Of a stretch of 64,000 nucleotides of DNA, positions 20,880-33,067 are shown piece by piece (position 1 is the stretch's first letter; each line of letters opens with the position of its first letter). The DNA is from an uncultured Candidatus Binatia bacterium (lineage in GTDB: Bacteria; Desulfobacterota; Binatia; Bin18). The stretch is taken from positions 1,728,001 to 1,792,000 of the forward strand of contig OZ243961.1 of the NCBI GenBank assembly GCA_965214605.1, in the 5' to 3' direction. The notes under the pieces are model-generated. The model saw nothing but the letters and a program-made list of their open reading frames with translations, ran no database searches and was not told the origin of the DNA. The position numbers and the translations under genes are program-made.

Positions 20880-21081
20880 AAGCGGGTCTGCATTCGCAGC
20901 AGCAGCTCCATACTCACCCTCAACAGCCTTCTTGATACGCGGCGTGATCTCCGGTGACAGCCGGGCGAAAGCGTTGTCCGGCAAACCCTCAGAAGCTCGC
21001 TCGCCTTCGTCACAGTCAGACTCACTTCCTCACTGATCTCCGTACGGATGCAATCCCTGGATGCGAAGGGGTCAGGTGCAC
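20880..21081 (-). pseudogene. higA: HigA-type antitoxin remnant
   Basis: Frameshifted pieces read PSHPG / IRTEI..VSLTVTKASELLRVCRTTLS / ARLSPEIT.RIKKA / VSMELLLRMQ. Confidence 0.7.
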
Positions 21082-21102
21082 TTTGGCTACCCCTGGGAGC
21101 TA

Positions 21103-21395
21103 TCAGTGAGAATCCTTCAAGTTCAAACGGGCGCCGTAGCCACCCTCTTCTTCAAACGGGGATCCGCCACTTGTTGGATACTCAAACGCCCCCTCATCCT
21201 GACGATCACCTGAGAGCTGGTGGACACGCCAGCCACGGGGCACAGCGCCATAAAGCCGTTCAAGTCTTCAGCTAGGATCAGCGCCGCCAAGATCTTGCGT
21301 ATTCGGTTGCCCGGGTCGCGCTGCAGGAACTGTGGAGCATCACCTTCGGATGAACCGGCGTAATCCTCCGTGGCGATCAAAGCAACACCGTTCAC
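21103..21395 (-). pseudogene. higB: HigB (RelE-like) toxin remnant
   Basis: Frameshifted pieces RHGGLRRFI / NRIRKILAAL / GWRVHQLSGDRQ / FEEEGGY..RLNLKDSH-stop, directly upstream of the higA remnant. Confidence 0.7.
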
Positions 21396-21493
21396 CCCAC
21401 AGGTTTTCTCCAACTAGTACTAAAGCCTCTCTGAACACCAACCGGGACAGGCAACGTGGTCTCAGCCGCCTCCATACCTCCTATACAGACCTA

Positions 21494-22191
21494 GGCTCAG
21501 GACTCATAACCAGAAGATGACGGGAGCGGCAAGACGGATGACACTGTGGAAGATGTGGCGACATCGGTCGTACCGGGTAGCGAGGCGGGGCCAATCCTCG
21601 AGCCTGCCGAACAGGCGCTCGAAGGAGGTTGCGGCTCTTGTAAAGCTCACTCTTGTAGACCACTCCTCCTTGCGATGGACGCGGCCTGGAATGCACGAGG
21701 CGAGGCCGCGCCCGGCAAGGGCCCGGCGCCACTAGTCGCTGTCATCGCCCGTGTTGGCGATCAGGACATCGGTCTCCGGCAGAGCGGAAAGCAGCGCATC
21801 AGCTCCGAGGTAGTCGCTGATCTGGCCCGCCGTCAGATGCAGGGCAATGGGCTTGCCATCGCCGCCGTCGCAGACCGTGTGGAACTCGAAGGCGAGGGGC
21901 CCGCCTCGGCTGCATCTGATGCAGCGCTCGAAATCCCCTTCTTGAACAGGCCGGCGGCGGTGCGACGCGCCCCATCAGACCGTATCGGATGCCGTGGATG
22001 ATGCCGCTGATGATCTTTCGGTCATCGACACGAGTCACGCCCCTCGGACCTTGTTGGGCAGGAGGGGTTGAAGTCGCGCAATCTGAGCGTCGGACAGCCG
22101 GACATGATACTTGGGGATGATCTCCTTCATGGAGTTAGGATCTTGAGTCCTGTCACTTCCCCAAGAATAAGCTATTGATAGGTCCTGAGCC
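21494..22191 (-). mobile_element. Degenerate IS5-family (IS427-like) element
   Basis: TIRs GGCTCAGGAC (21494-21503) and GTCCTGAGCC (22182-22191), flanked by TA on both sides; minus-strand RVDDRKIISGIIHGIRYGL transposase N-terminal fragment. Confidence 0.8.
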
Positions 22192-22345
22192 TACTGAAAC
22201 GCGACACCAGCAATGAAATCAGCCTATACCTCCCCGGAGGAGCTGTCCGCGTCTCTTGTCGGACCTCCCCGATTCGGCTAGGGTGGATTGACGTTTTTTG
22301 TGATCGTACCCTTTGCGAGGACAGAGGGGAAAGGAAGGAGTGACC

Positions 22346-23464
22346 ATGAAAATCGGCATACAGATGGTCCTACAGAACCACAAGGCCCACGACGACCGGG
22401 AAATGTATAAAAATGAAACCCGTCTAGCCATCGAATCAGAAGGCATGGGCTTCGATATAGTCTGGCCTGTTGAGCACCATTTCTTTGATTACTCAATCTG
22501 CCCCGATAACATGCAGTACCTCAGCTATATCGCTGCCCGGACCGAGCGCCTGCAATTGGCGACGGGCGCAATCATCCTGCCCTGGAACAACCCCATGCGC
22601 GTGGTCGAGAAGATGGTCCTCCTCGACCACCTGTCCGATGGACGGGCAGTCCTCGGGCTTGGCCGGGGACTGTCACGGCGTGAGTATCGCGGTTTTGGCG
22701 TGGATATGTCCGAGGCCCGGGACCGCTTCAACGAAGCGGCGGAGATCATCGTCAACGGGCTCGAAGACGGCTTTGTCGAAGCCGACACCCAGTACTACAA
22801 ACAGGCACGGATTGAGGTCCGGCCGCGGCCGGTTGGCAGCTTCAAGGGCCGTCGCTACATGGTGTGTATGTCCCCAGAGTCGTTTGATGTCGCTGCCCGC
22901 CTAGGTCTTGGGGCGATGATGTTCTCCCAGATGGGCTGGGAAAAGGTAGCCGACAACATCCACCAATACCGGGAAAACTTCCGCAAACACAACAACGGCG
23001 AAGAAGCCCCGCCAGTCAACTGCGCCGACTTTGTGGCCTGCACCGAGGACGCCAAGCGGGCCGAAGAGATCGCCAGGGTCAATATAGTCGGCTATTACTG
23101 GAGCGTGATGGAGCACTATGAAATGACTGGCGATCATTTTGCCGAAACCGGCAAATCCTACGCCCACTACGCCAATGCGGCTCAGCAGATGAAGGCCGCC
23201 GGCATGGATGCCGTGGTGGAGGATTTCCTGAACGCCAACCTGTGGGGCACGCCTGACATGTTGGTTGAGAAAGTTCGGAAACGCCGCGAGGTCATAGGCG
23301 ACTTTGAAGTCAACGGCTGCTTCAGCTTCCAGAGCCTGCCCTATGACGAAGTCGAGCGATGCATGCGTCTGTTCGCCAGAACCGTCGGCCAAGAGCTCCA
23401 CAGCTGGACGCCCAAGACCGTCCCGGTTGATGTGGCGGTCGGTGCGCCGCTGCAGGCTAAGTAA
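22346..23464 (+). CDS. LLM-class (luciferase-like) flavin-dependent oxidoreductase
   Basis: GFDIVWPVEHHF, IAARTERLQLATG..LPWNNPMRVVE and LDHLSDGRAVLGLGRG; AGGAG RBS. Confidence 0.9.
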   Translation: MKIGIQMVLQNHKAHDDREMYKNETRLAIESEGMGFDIVWPVEHHFFDYSICPDNMQYLSYIAARTERLQLATGAIILPWNNPMRVVEKMVLLDHLSDGRAVLGLGRGLSRREYRGFGVDMSEARDRFNEAAEIIVNGLEDGFVEADTQYYKQARIEVRPRPVGSFKGRRYMVCMSPESFDVAARLGLGAMMFSQMGWEKVADNIHQYRENFRKHNNGEEAPPVNCADFVACTEDAKRAEEIARVNIVGYYWSVMEHYEMTGDHFAETGKSYAHYANAAQQMKAAGMDAVVEDFLNANLWGTPDMLVEKVRKRREVIGDFEVNGCFSFQSLPYDEVERCMRLFARTVGQELHSWTPKTVPVDVAVGAPLQAK

Positions 23465-23507
23465 GCCCTTGGGGGGATTGATCAAGCCCCCCCGATCTTG
23501 GTTTCAC

Positions 23508-23533
23508 AGCCCCGCCTCGTGTGGGGCTTTTTT
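23508..23533 (+). terminator. Rho-independent terminator
   Basis: AGCCCCGC-CTCGT-GTGGGGCT hairpin followed by a T-run, between convergent genes. Confidence 0.75.
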
Positions 23534-23921
23534 ACGGCACGTTTTCTTCTGGATCGACAACGAGGGTGAGACCCCGAAAGGCCCGGACGGTCACCCGACT
23601 GCCGGACGGCAGGGCCTGATCGGCGTGTTCGATTTCGGCTCGCCACAGCTCGCCGTTGACTTGTACATAGCCCTGGGGATTCAGCGCTTGGCGGACCCGT
23701 CCCCGAGTTCCAAGCAACCGTTCGGCCCCCGTTTTTACGTCGGACTCATAGGCCGAGCGCACGTACGGGTAGAGGGCAAAGTCTTTACCGACGGCCAGGC
23801 CGAGCAGGATCAGGCCGGTCCACAGTGGCAGGTTGAGCCACAAGTGGGCTCCGACCAAAATCAGCCCCCATATGATCCAACCGGGGATTTGGAGCAACAG
23901 GTATTTACGAAACGTCCCCAT
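23532..23921 (-). CDS. NfeD-like membrane protein (C-terminal OB fold)
   Basis: Two TM helices, then TGAERLLG..G.V...LNPQGYVQVNGELWRAE...GLTLVV. Confidence 0.85.
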   Translation of the reverse strand: MGTFRKYLLLQIPGWIIWGLILVGAHLWLNLPLWTGLILLGLAVGKDFALYPYVRSAYESDVKTGAERLLGTRGRVRQALNPQGYVQVNGELWRAEIEHADQALPSGSRVTVRAFRGLTLVVDPEENVP

Positions 23922-23953
23922 AGCGAGGCTTCATCTCCCGCTCACTCAGGCTC

Positions 23954-26900
23954 TTAAGCACCTCGGGCTGAACCACCCTCTTCTACCACCCGACAGAAGA
24001 CATTCACCGCCGCCATTTGGCCCAGCGTCGTACAGCGCGTGCGTGACAAACCGGGATGAGCCACCACAATAGCGAGGCTGTACGCCCGCGACAGAGCCAC
24101 ATTCAGGCGATTGCGGTTAAACAGAAACTCAATACCCCGTGGCGGAGCCTCGCCATGACTCGCACACATCGACATAATCACCACCGCAGCTTCCTGACCC
24201 TGAAACTTATCGACCGACCCGACCCGCGCCTGTGGTCCCAAGGCAGCCTTGAGCTTACGTACCTGCATATTATATGGGGCAACGAGTAGGATATCATCAA
24301 GTCTGACTGTTCCTGTCGACTGTCCCGTTTTATCGGTGAGCTCGCGTCCCACTAGTTCGTGAACAATCCGTCGGATAAGGTCAACTTCTCCATCGCTGGC
24401 CTGGGTGTTGCCCGTATGCTCAACCGGGACAAAGACGAGGCCGGCCTCTTGGTGGATATAACGGGCTCCGTGTGCCGGTACGCGGACCAGCCGGTTTTTG
24501 GTGTGTGGTGCAGCTTGCAAGCGACCATCGTACATAGTGTCGGAAATAAAACGACACAGTCTCGGATGGAGACGCCAGCTGGAGTCCAGGAAAATCCCCA
24601 ATGTATCGGGAATAGTTGCCCGGCCTTGGAGCAGGTATTCTAGAGCTGACTGGCCGCTCTGACCGGGATGCGACCCCTGTATCGGCTGGCTGAGCTGCAT
24701 CTGGTCGCCCAGGAGAACGAGGTTTTTGGCCGAGGCAGACATCGCGATCAGATTGGCCAGCGGGACTTGTCCGGCCTCGTCAACAAACAGATAGTCAAGC
24801 TTGTCTCGCATGCTGGCAGCGCTGAACGCCCACGCCGTGCCGCCAATCAGCCCAACCTGGGTCAGCTCGGGCAGGGCATATCGTATGGAGCTAACGTAGC
24901 GTGCTTCGCGGCAGTGGGTAAAAAACGGGGCGTCCTGCGGTCCACCGACCTTGATACAGTTAAGCCCGTCGTTGCGCAGCTCGCTACATTTCTGCATCAG
25001 GTTCAGAATCGCGTCGTGACTGTTTGAGCTAATCCCGACCCGTTTGCCCTGCTGTAAGAGAGAGACGATCATAGCGGCTCCAACCGTGGTTTTACCCGTA
25101 CCGGGTGGGCCTTGGATACATAGGCTAGAATGATCAAGCCCGGACACCAGACGCACCGCAGCGGTTTGCAGGTCTTCGCCGGGGGCAACGAGAGACCGAG
25201 GTATGCCGGCACGTTCTTCGCCGGGTGGGTGTAGACGGGGTGGGCGGCGGGCCAGGAAGTCGGCCAGCGCCGGGGAGAGGTGGCGGCTTTCCTGCCAGTT
25301 TCGGGCAGTGTGTTCTATGGCTTCGGCAATCACCCTAGCTGAGACGTGCTCATTTGGAATCAGGGAAAGCCTAGCCGGGGGGCGGCCGTCAGCGAACTGC
25401 TGGAGCTTGTTGCGGCCAAACCTGAGACACACTCGCCCCGCGTCCCGATCAAGTTCTTGGATTGCGGTGGTGACGGCAAGATCGTGGGCAAAAAAGCAGG
25501 TCGCGTCCCGCGTCAGCTTGGTATCCTGGTCTGGATCAAAGACGAACCAGAAGCCCAGAGAGTTTTTGATGGGAACAGGTGGCTCCGGCGCTCTATGCAG
25601 ACCGCCTAGGCAGTCAAAGTCTTCAATTAATTCCTGCTCGGTCATAGCCTGGCGCTCAAAGGTCGCCCACCATACCGGCTTTTCCTCACGACGGTGAAAC
25701 TCGACCACCTGGCCCAGAATCTCCTGGGTTTGCCAGCGCTGCTCATCCTGCGCCCGCTCTTCTCGCTGTTGGGGAATGGCGGCAAAAAGCCGCTCTGCCA
25801 GTTCGTGGCGTGGATTGGAGTGAATCACCCTCTCTCCTGGGTCGGTCGCCTCGGCCCGTCCAGCTTTGGGGGGCACAATCCCGGCCTCGCGCTGCCGCTT
25901 CCGCAGCCATCCGGCGAGCCGCCAGACAGATTCACAGTCATCCCGATTGTAGGCTCGAATCTCTTGCAGAATAGGTGAGGCCCGCCAGTCCTGCGGCTCG
26001 CCGCTGGCCAGCCAGCGTTCATAGGCCACCACTGAGTCAAGCGCAGTACCGACCAGGCCGGTCCGTTTGGCGTGAAACAGTCGCTCAAGATTTTTGATTG
26101 AGTAACGCGGCTCGCCAACCCGCAGCCCTTGGCGGACAATGGTGTACAGATCGACAAAAACGCCGTTTTGCAGGAGGCTGTCAACCTCGGCCTCACGCGT
26201 CGCGTAGCGGCCCATCAACCGCCGCAGCGCCGCCACTTCGTAGTGGCCGTAGTGGTAAAGGTGCGTGCCCGGGTCAGCCTGCCAACGGGCAAATGCCCAA
26301 TCGACAAAGGCTTCAAAGACACGCTTTTCCTGTTCACTGTCGTGGGCCCACCAGTCGAAAAACCGGGGCTTGGCGTGTTCGACACAACTCGCCCCAAACA
26401 GGTATTCTCGCCCGCCCTCAATCAGCGGATAGCCCTCTAGGTCAAAATACACATCCAGGGCCGACTCGGGCGGCAGAAGAGCCAGCCCACGGCGCGGGCC
26501 GGGGTGCACGGGTTGCACAACCCGGTAGGCTGGCACGTCAGCCCCGGCAGACGCAAGCTGAAGCTGGGCCTGTTCCCGCAGCTGGGCAAAAACTGTTTCG
26601 TCCAGACGCGCCACGTGCCGCAGGTCGGTGTTGGCCAAGCCGTGCATGGTCCGTATCCCTGCAGCCTGGAGTTTTTCGACCTGCGCTTGGGTAATATTAG
26701 CGACCCGGCACAGATGATCGCTGGCTTGAAGCAGCGCCTCGGCGTGCGACTGCCAGCGGCCATTCCCGCCCCACGGATTGGGCGACGGACGGTCAGGCGT
26801 CAAGTCGTACAGGAAGGCGACAAAGGCCCTTTTCAGCGCTCGGTAGTAATAGATGTAATCGGCCGTCCGAAAGGCGCATACCTGTCCGTTGCCCAGAACA

Positions 26901-27397
26901 CAGTAAAGTTGACTGGGAGCGCGTCCCTGGACCGACTCAAGCAGGTCGGCATAGCCGCACAGCTGGATGAGAAATTCAGGCTTCACCAGCCGTGCCAGCT
27001 TGGTCTCGTACACCTCATACGAATAGCCGCCCAGAAGCGATGGGGATTCAACCCGAATCAGAAAATCCGTCTCTCCGACAAAATCAGCCTGGGCCAGTAC
27101 GCCATGAAAAATTACCTCGCGGCCAGCCTGCATAGCGCGCAGCGTGTGTGTTACGCGGTCTCCGTCGGACGGAATGCTGTACACCCGGCGGCCCTGGACG
27201 CGAAGCTGTTCGAGGAAAGCCTGCTCGTGGCGGCGACCGTGTTCGGCCAAACTCAACTGCTGGGGCGATTCGGCATCCGGCTGAGCAGCCTGGGGGTCGT
27301 CAAGCCACCTGCGCGTCATCCAGCTCGCAAACGGCGAGCTCAGAAATTCGAGCAGGTCGGAAGGGCTGTAGCGATAGCGATCCTCATCCTTCCACAT
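23954..27397 (-). CDS. TM0106-family RecB-like nuclease + RNase H-like + SF1 (DNA2/NAM7-type) helicase fusion
   Basis: YSPSDL, G.TDFL...YETKLAR..Q..Y nuclease; YFDLEG...YNRDDC RNase H-like; QGPPGTGKT, DEAGQ, GDQMQL, SVDKFQGQE and NRLNVALSRA helicase motifs. Confidence 0.9.
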   Translation of the reverse strand: MWKDEDRYRYSPSDLLEFLSSPFASWMTRRWLDDPQAAQPDAESPQQLSLAEHGRRHEQAFLEQLRVQGRRVYSIPSDGDRVTHTLRAMQAGREVIFHGVLAQADFVGETDFLIRVESPSLLGGYSYEVYETKLARLVKPEFLIQLCGYADLLESVQGRAPSQLYCVLGNGQVCAFRTADYIYYYRALKRAFVAFLYDLTPDRPSPNPWGGNGRWQSHAEALLQASDHLCRVANITQAQVEKLQAAGIRTMHGLANTDLRHVARLDETVFAQLREQAQLQLASAGADVPAYRVVQPVHPGPRRGLALLPPESALDVYFDLEGYPLIEGGREYLFGASCVEHAKPRFFDWWAHDSEQEKRVFEAFVDWAFARWQADPGTHLYHYGHYEVAALRRLMGRYATREAEVDSLLQNGVFVDLYTIVRQGLRVGEPRYSIKNLERLFHAKRTGLVGTALDSVVAYERWLASGEPQDWRASPILQEIRAYNRDDCESVWRLAGWLRKRQREAGIVPPKAGRAEATDPGERVIHSNPRHELAERLFAAIPQQREERAQDEQRWQTQEILGQVVEFHRREEKPVWWATFERQAMTEQELIEDFDCLGGLHRAPEPPVPIKNSLGFWFVFDPDQDTKLTRDATCFFAHDLAVTTAIQELDRDAGRVCLRFGRNKLQQFADGRPPARLSLIPNEHVSARVIAEAIEHTARNWQESRHLSPALADFLARRPPRLHPPGEERAGIPRSLVAPGEDLQTAAVRLVSGLDHSSLCIQGPPGTGKTTVGAAMIVSLLQQGKRVGISSNSHDAILNLMQKCSELRNDGLNCIKVGGPQDAPFFTHCREARYVSSIRYALPELTQVGLIGGTAWAFSAASMRDKLDYLFVDEAGQVPLANLIAMSASAKNLVLLGDQMQLSQPIQGSHPGQSGQSALEYLLQGRATIPDTLGIFLDSSWRLHPRLCRFISDTMYDGRLQAAPHTKNRLVRVPAHGARYIHQEAGLVFVPVEHTGNTQASDGEVDLIRRIVHELVGRELTDKTGQSTGTVRLDDILLVAPYNMQVRKLKAALGPQARVGSVDKFQGQEAAVVIMSMCASHGEAPPRGIEFLFNRNRLNVALSRAYSLAIVVAHPGLSRTRCTTLGQMAAVNVFCRVVEEGGSARGA

Positions 27398-27409
27398 AAA
27401 CCGCTGGCC

Positions 27410-28000
27410 TTATTCCAAGACAACACCACGAAACGACGACCCAAAACTCACCCCGGTCACATGTGGTTGGGCGGCCAGCAGGGTCTGGACGGAGTGACGG
27501 GCGTGGAAGTCCTGATGGACGGCGTTAAAGGCGGTATCGGCCCCGCCGCCTTCACGGAGTTCGGGCAGAACATGATCGAGTTGATGCAGTAAAATCCTGA
27601 CCTGTTGCCGGTTATAGACCGACCAGACGACCTCCTGACCGACCCCGACCTTTAGACTCTCGTTCAGGAAGAGTAGCGGAAACCCCTCCTGCTGGGCCAG
27701 ATTGTGGAGCAAATGATAGTCATCGGCCTGGCGGGGGTTCAGATAGGCAATGCCCTCAAGCAGGGACTGGGCGTCGGCTGCAATCCGAAACGCCACGGCT
27801 ATCAGCCACACCCCCTCCCGACCCTGATAGCCGACGAGACGCACGGTGATGGGCAGCCCTTCGCGCCGGAAGGAAAACAGCTCGCGTACCCGCATGGCCA
27901 GTCCGGTTTTGCGCCGACCGGACAGGCCAACTAGGGTGGGCGTGTAGAAAGCCTGCCGTCGCAGTCGGGCATGGTAGCCGGTGGCCACATTGATTTTCAC
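27410..28000 (-). CDS. Hypothetical protein
   Basis: 196 aa; AAGGAG RBS before GTG; 12-nt gap to the nuclease-helicase gene. Confidence 0.6.
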   Translation of the reverse strand: MKINVATGYHARLRRQAFYTPTLVGLSGRRKTGLAMRVRELFSFRREGLPITVRLVGYQGREGVWLIAVAFRIAADAQSLLEGIAYLNPRQADDYHLLHNLAQQEGFPLLFLNESLKVGVGQEVVWSVYNRQQVRILLHQLDHVLPELREGGGADTAFNAVHQDFHARHSVQTLLAAQPHVTGVSFGSSFRGVVLE

Positions 28001-28084
28001 AACACACTACTCCTTCGCTCACACGTCCAGTCCGGCCTTACATCTACGAAGGCGCGCGGTCAAGATGGGAGAGAAGCCGTCCCT

Positions 28085-28345
28085 GCCCATACGGGGCGAG
28101 GGACCTGATTATTCTTGGTCTCTTGTACGCCTTGGGCTGGATGCGTAACGCGGTATTTTGAGGCGCCTGAGGTCTTCATCATCCTAGGCTTTGCACGAGG
28201 CGTGGAGAGCGGTATCCATGCTGATGACAACAGGCGCTCTTCCCGTCGGCAGTCGGAGCTTGGCATGAGCAGCAAGAGGTCCCTCCATCCAAACGTGTGA
28301 TCTCGGACGTGTCAATCCCTTCGCCTGTCGGTGCGTCACGTCCAA
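28085..28345 (-). pseudogene. BrnA-type antitoxin remnant
   Basis: Pieces DAPTGEGIDTSEITRLD and AHAKLRLPTGRAPVVISMD resemble BrnA (IDxSDIPxLD...A.LRLP..K..V...D). Confidence 0.6.
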
Positions 28346-28461
28346 TTGACGGCGGAGGGTTTCTTGAGACTTGCCTGCGCTCGTACTGCAGAGCCTTTGT
28401 AGAGAGGGAATACGGATAATCTTCTTCCCTCGACCCGGTGTGGCCGATCGCCATAAAGTTT
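28336..28461 (-). pseudogene. BrnT toxin, 3' half (split by IS insertions)
   Basis: Pieces NFMAIGHT..EED / IIRIPSL / KALQYERRQ / ETLRRQLD resemble the BrnT C-terminus IRIISxRKA...ER. Confidence 0.65.
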
Positions 28462-29510
28462 CGCAAGTAGTGGTTGGGGGCTCGCCGTTTTTCCTACGGG
28501 TTCCCGGCCGGCCTACGCTTGAATGGAGGCAGGAGCCGCCTTGAACCTGATGACCATTGTCAGCCGCTCCCCCGACCAGGAAGTGCATTAAGCATCTTGA
28601 AGAAGTCCGCCGGGGCAACCGGCGGCCCCTTCAAGTGAGCGCGTGGCTCGGAAGGCGGACGGGGAGCGGGGCGGGCGCTGGACTTGCCACGGCTGCCGGA
28701 ACAGTTTCCATGTCCTGTCCGGGACGATCTTCAAGAAAACCAAGATTCCCCTGCACCCGCGCTCTCGGCCTCCTTGTCAAGGCCGAGAAGCGTCGGTCAA
28801 GCTGTCGGTTGGCCCGCGCTCTCGCCATGAGCCAGCAATCGGCCTGGGAGATGCAGCCGTGTATCCGGGCGGCCCTACCCGGATACACGGCCGCTCTCCT
28901 GCAGGACCTCGGAGAAGCGGACGCAACCGACGTGGGCGGGCAGCCTCGGCGGCCGAACAAGAAGGCAACTCGGAAGCCGAACACACCGGGTCGAGGGACC
29001 ACAAAGACGGCAGGCGTCGGAGAGGGTGGCGGTGAGGGCGTTGTCAAGGTGGGTGAACGGCTGACCGGGTCGGCCGTCGCCAAGTTCCTCACGGGCACGC
29101 CTGCCATGGACGGCTCCCCCCTGCTTACAGAGGAATCCAAGGGCTCCAACACTATCCGGGAGCAGAGGCCCCAGGCCGGCATTCCTCATGAACAGGGGGA
29201 TGCCGAGGGGCCGGGTTCACCCCACGACCCTTGCAGGCTGTTGGGCCCTTCTGAAACGCTCCCGGTCCGGCCGGCCCCACCACTCCGGCAAACGGTCCAT
29301 TGCCGCTATCCGTGCCGGCAACCTGCCGGACATACCACGCCCGCCAAGACCGCCACGCTTTTGGAACCTACCTCCGGGGGGGCTTCTCATGAGTCCCAAT
29401 CGTCTTTTCTATGGAGTCTGTCCGACCCCAACGGCGGTTTGCCCCGCCACTGTCGGCGGGCAAAGGGGAGAAACAGGCGCGTGGCGTCCAAGCCCCAACT
29501 ACTAATTCCG
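28462..29510 (+). mobile_element. Degenerate IS1595-family element (no cargo)
   Basis: Zn-ribbon fragment RWTCHGCRNSFHVLSGTIFKKTKIPL; imperfect inverted ends CGCAAGTAGTGGTTGGGGGCT / AGCCCCAACTACTAATTCCG; 8-bp flanking repeat TAAAGTTT (28454-61) / TACAGTTT (29511-18). Confidence 0.75.
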
Positions 29511-29610
29511 TACAGTTTTTGAGAGAGGAAAGTGCCGAAAACCCCTTGGCCCCATCGGCACTCTCATGTAATATCCGGTCCTGTTGATGAGAGAGGACAC
29601 GGATACGGAC

Positions 29611-30548
29611 ATGGCGCACAAGGCACCCGGCAAGAGCGCCCGCGTAGGCATCTCTCTGGTCGACATCTTCCGCATGTTCCCGGATGACGCGACGGCGGAA
29701 GCCTGGTTCGTCGAGGGTCGCTGGTCCACCGGGATCGCAGGCCCGCATTGCGGCTCGCTGAACGTGCAGACTGGAGCCAAGCACAAGACGATGCCCTACT
29801 GGTGTCGCGGGCAGGAGTGCGCCAAGCGGTTCAGCGCGAAGACCGGCACGGTTATGGAGGGTTCGAAGCTCGGGCTGCAGACGTGGATGATCGCCGCCTA
29901 CCTTCCGTCCACATCGCTCAAGTCGGTGTCCGGCCTGAAGCTGCGCCGCGCTCCCGACATAAACCAGCGCTCGGCTTGGTTCCCCGCGCACCGGCTCCGA
30001 GTGGCGCTTTCCGAGGATGGCGGCATATGTTCCGGCCCGGTGGAGCTTGACGAGTCGTATTTCGGGGGGAAGCGGAAGAACATAAGCAACGCCAAGCGTA
30101 AGAAGCTCGTCGAGCAGGGGGCGAGTCGCGGGGCCATCGGCAGGACTGCGGTAGTCGGCATCAAGGATTGGGCTGCGAACCACATTCGTGCGAAAGTGAC
30201 GCACTCCGCCGTGGCTCCGGCACGGCAGGGATTCGTCGTCGCGAACACCAGCCCGAACGCCTCGGCGAGTACGTCAAGGGGATGGCGCGCACCAACGGCG
30301 TCGAGTCGTTGTGATCGATGCTCAAGCGCTCTCACATGGGCACGTTCCACGAGCTCTCGCCGCAGCACCCGGATCGCTGCGTGCAGGCATTCGCCGGACG
30401 GCACAACCTCCGCGAAACGGATACCATCGACATGATCGGCGCAGTCGCCGACGGGATGCCTGGCAAGCGGCTCCGCTCCCGCGAATTGATCGCCGACAAC
30501 GGACTCAATTCCGACGCTCGTTGCTCATTTCGTAGACGGACAAGTTGA
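29611..30548 (+). pseudogene. IS1595-family (ISXO2-like DDE) transposase, internally deleted and frameshifted
   Basis: FPDDATAEAWF..RW, PHCGS, KRFSAKTGTVMEGSKL, GPVELDESYFGGK; shifted-frame NGVES and LKRSHMGTFH...FAGRHN. Confidence 0.88.
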
Positions 30549-30558
30549 ACAGACTCAG

Positions 30559-32309
<1,751 letters not shown>

Positions 32310-32466
32310 TGGTTGTGAAGAGTCCAAACAAGCAGGGCCGAGCTAGGGGAAGACATGCGCGTTGACGAGACGTTCGAGGAAGCGGTGAAGGCCCTCGTCG
32401 GGTGGTGATCAATGACCGATGAAGCGACACGGCTGAAGGTTTCCGGCACTTTCCTACATAATCCCC

Positions 32467-32620
32467 TCTGAGAAAACCAATCCCACCCCGGCACTCTTCC
32501 CCACAGTCTTCCTTGGCATCCCGCGTGGTCGGCATCGAAAACCTGTCACGCATCGGCAAAATCCAAACCGTCCTTGCCAATGGACTCTTTATTCTTGTCA
32601 CCGTTCCACATCCGAAATCG
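32467..32620 (-). pseudogene. BrnT toxin, 5' half
   Basis: WNGDKNKESIGKDGLDFADA*QVFD and KEDCGEECRGGIGFLR resemble BrnT WD.xKN..N..KHGLDF.DA and EDYGE.R..IG. Confidence 0.7.
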
Positions 32621-33067
32621 GGTACGGCAAAAGGACACTGAGGAAGACGGAAGGTGAGAGGATGGGGCTCACGGCCGGCGGCGGGGTATTGCGCTTGCTG
32701 CTCCGCCGGATCTTCCTCATGCACGGATGAGCCGCCCTGCGGGCCCTGCTCCCAAATCAGCTGTCTCCCACTGTTGGAAGGCCGTATGACTGAGTAAAAG
32801 GAGTGCGACGTTCCAATGGCTGGGGAAGAGGTCGTCGTACTCTCGGGCGACAAGGCATATCGGGAGCACCTCATCTCCAGCGCTTTCCAAGCCGGCAACG
32901 GTTGAGGACATAAGGTGAAACGGCCCGCCTACGCCTTCTCACGAGTCCGTCCATGCCTGCCGATACCGTGAAGCGGGCATGGGCGCGGCTCCATCAGAGT
33001 GGGCGGCGCAGCAGCAAAAACGCTGTGGGTGGGAGTCCTTAAGTTGTTTCAGGCGGATGGACAATCG

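Noticed and set aside
26504-27592. 362-aa plus-strand ORF (likewise 1794-3053 and 9630-10412)
   Set aside because: Shadow or alternate-frame ORFs overlapping well-supported genes.
28557-29522. 321-aa ORF
   Set aside because: Low-information read-through of a frameshifted IS1595 transposase.
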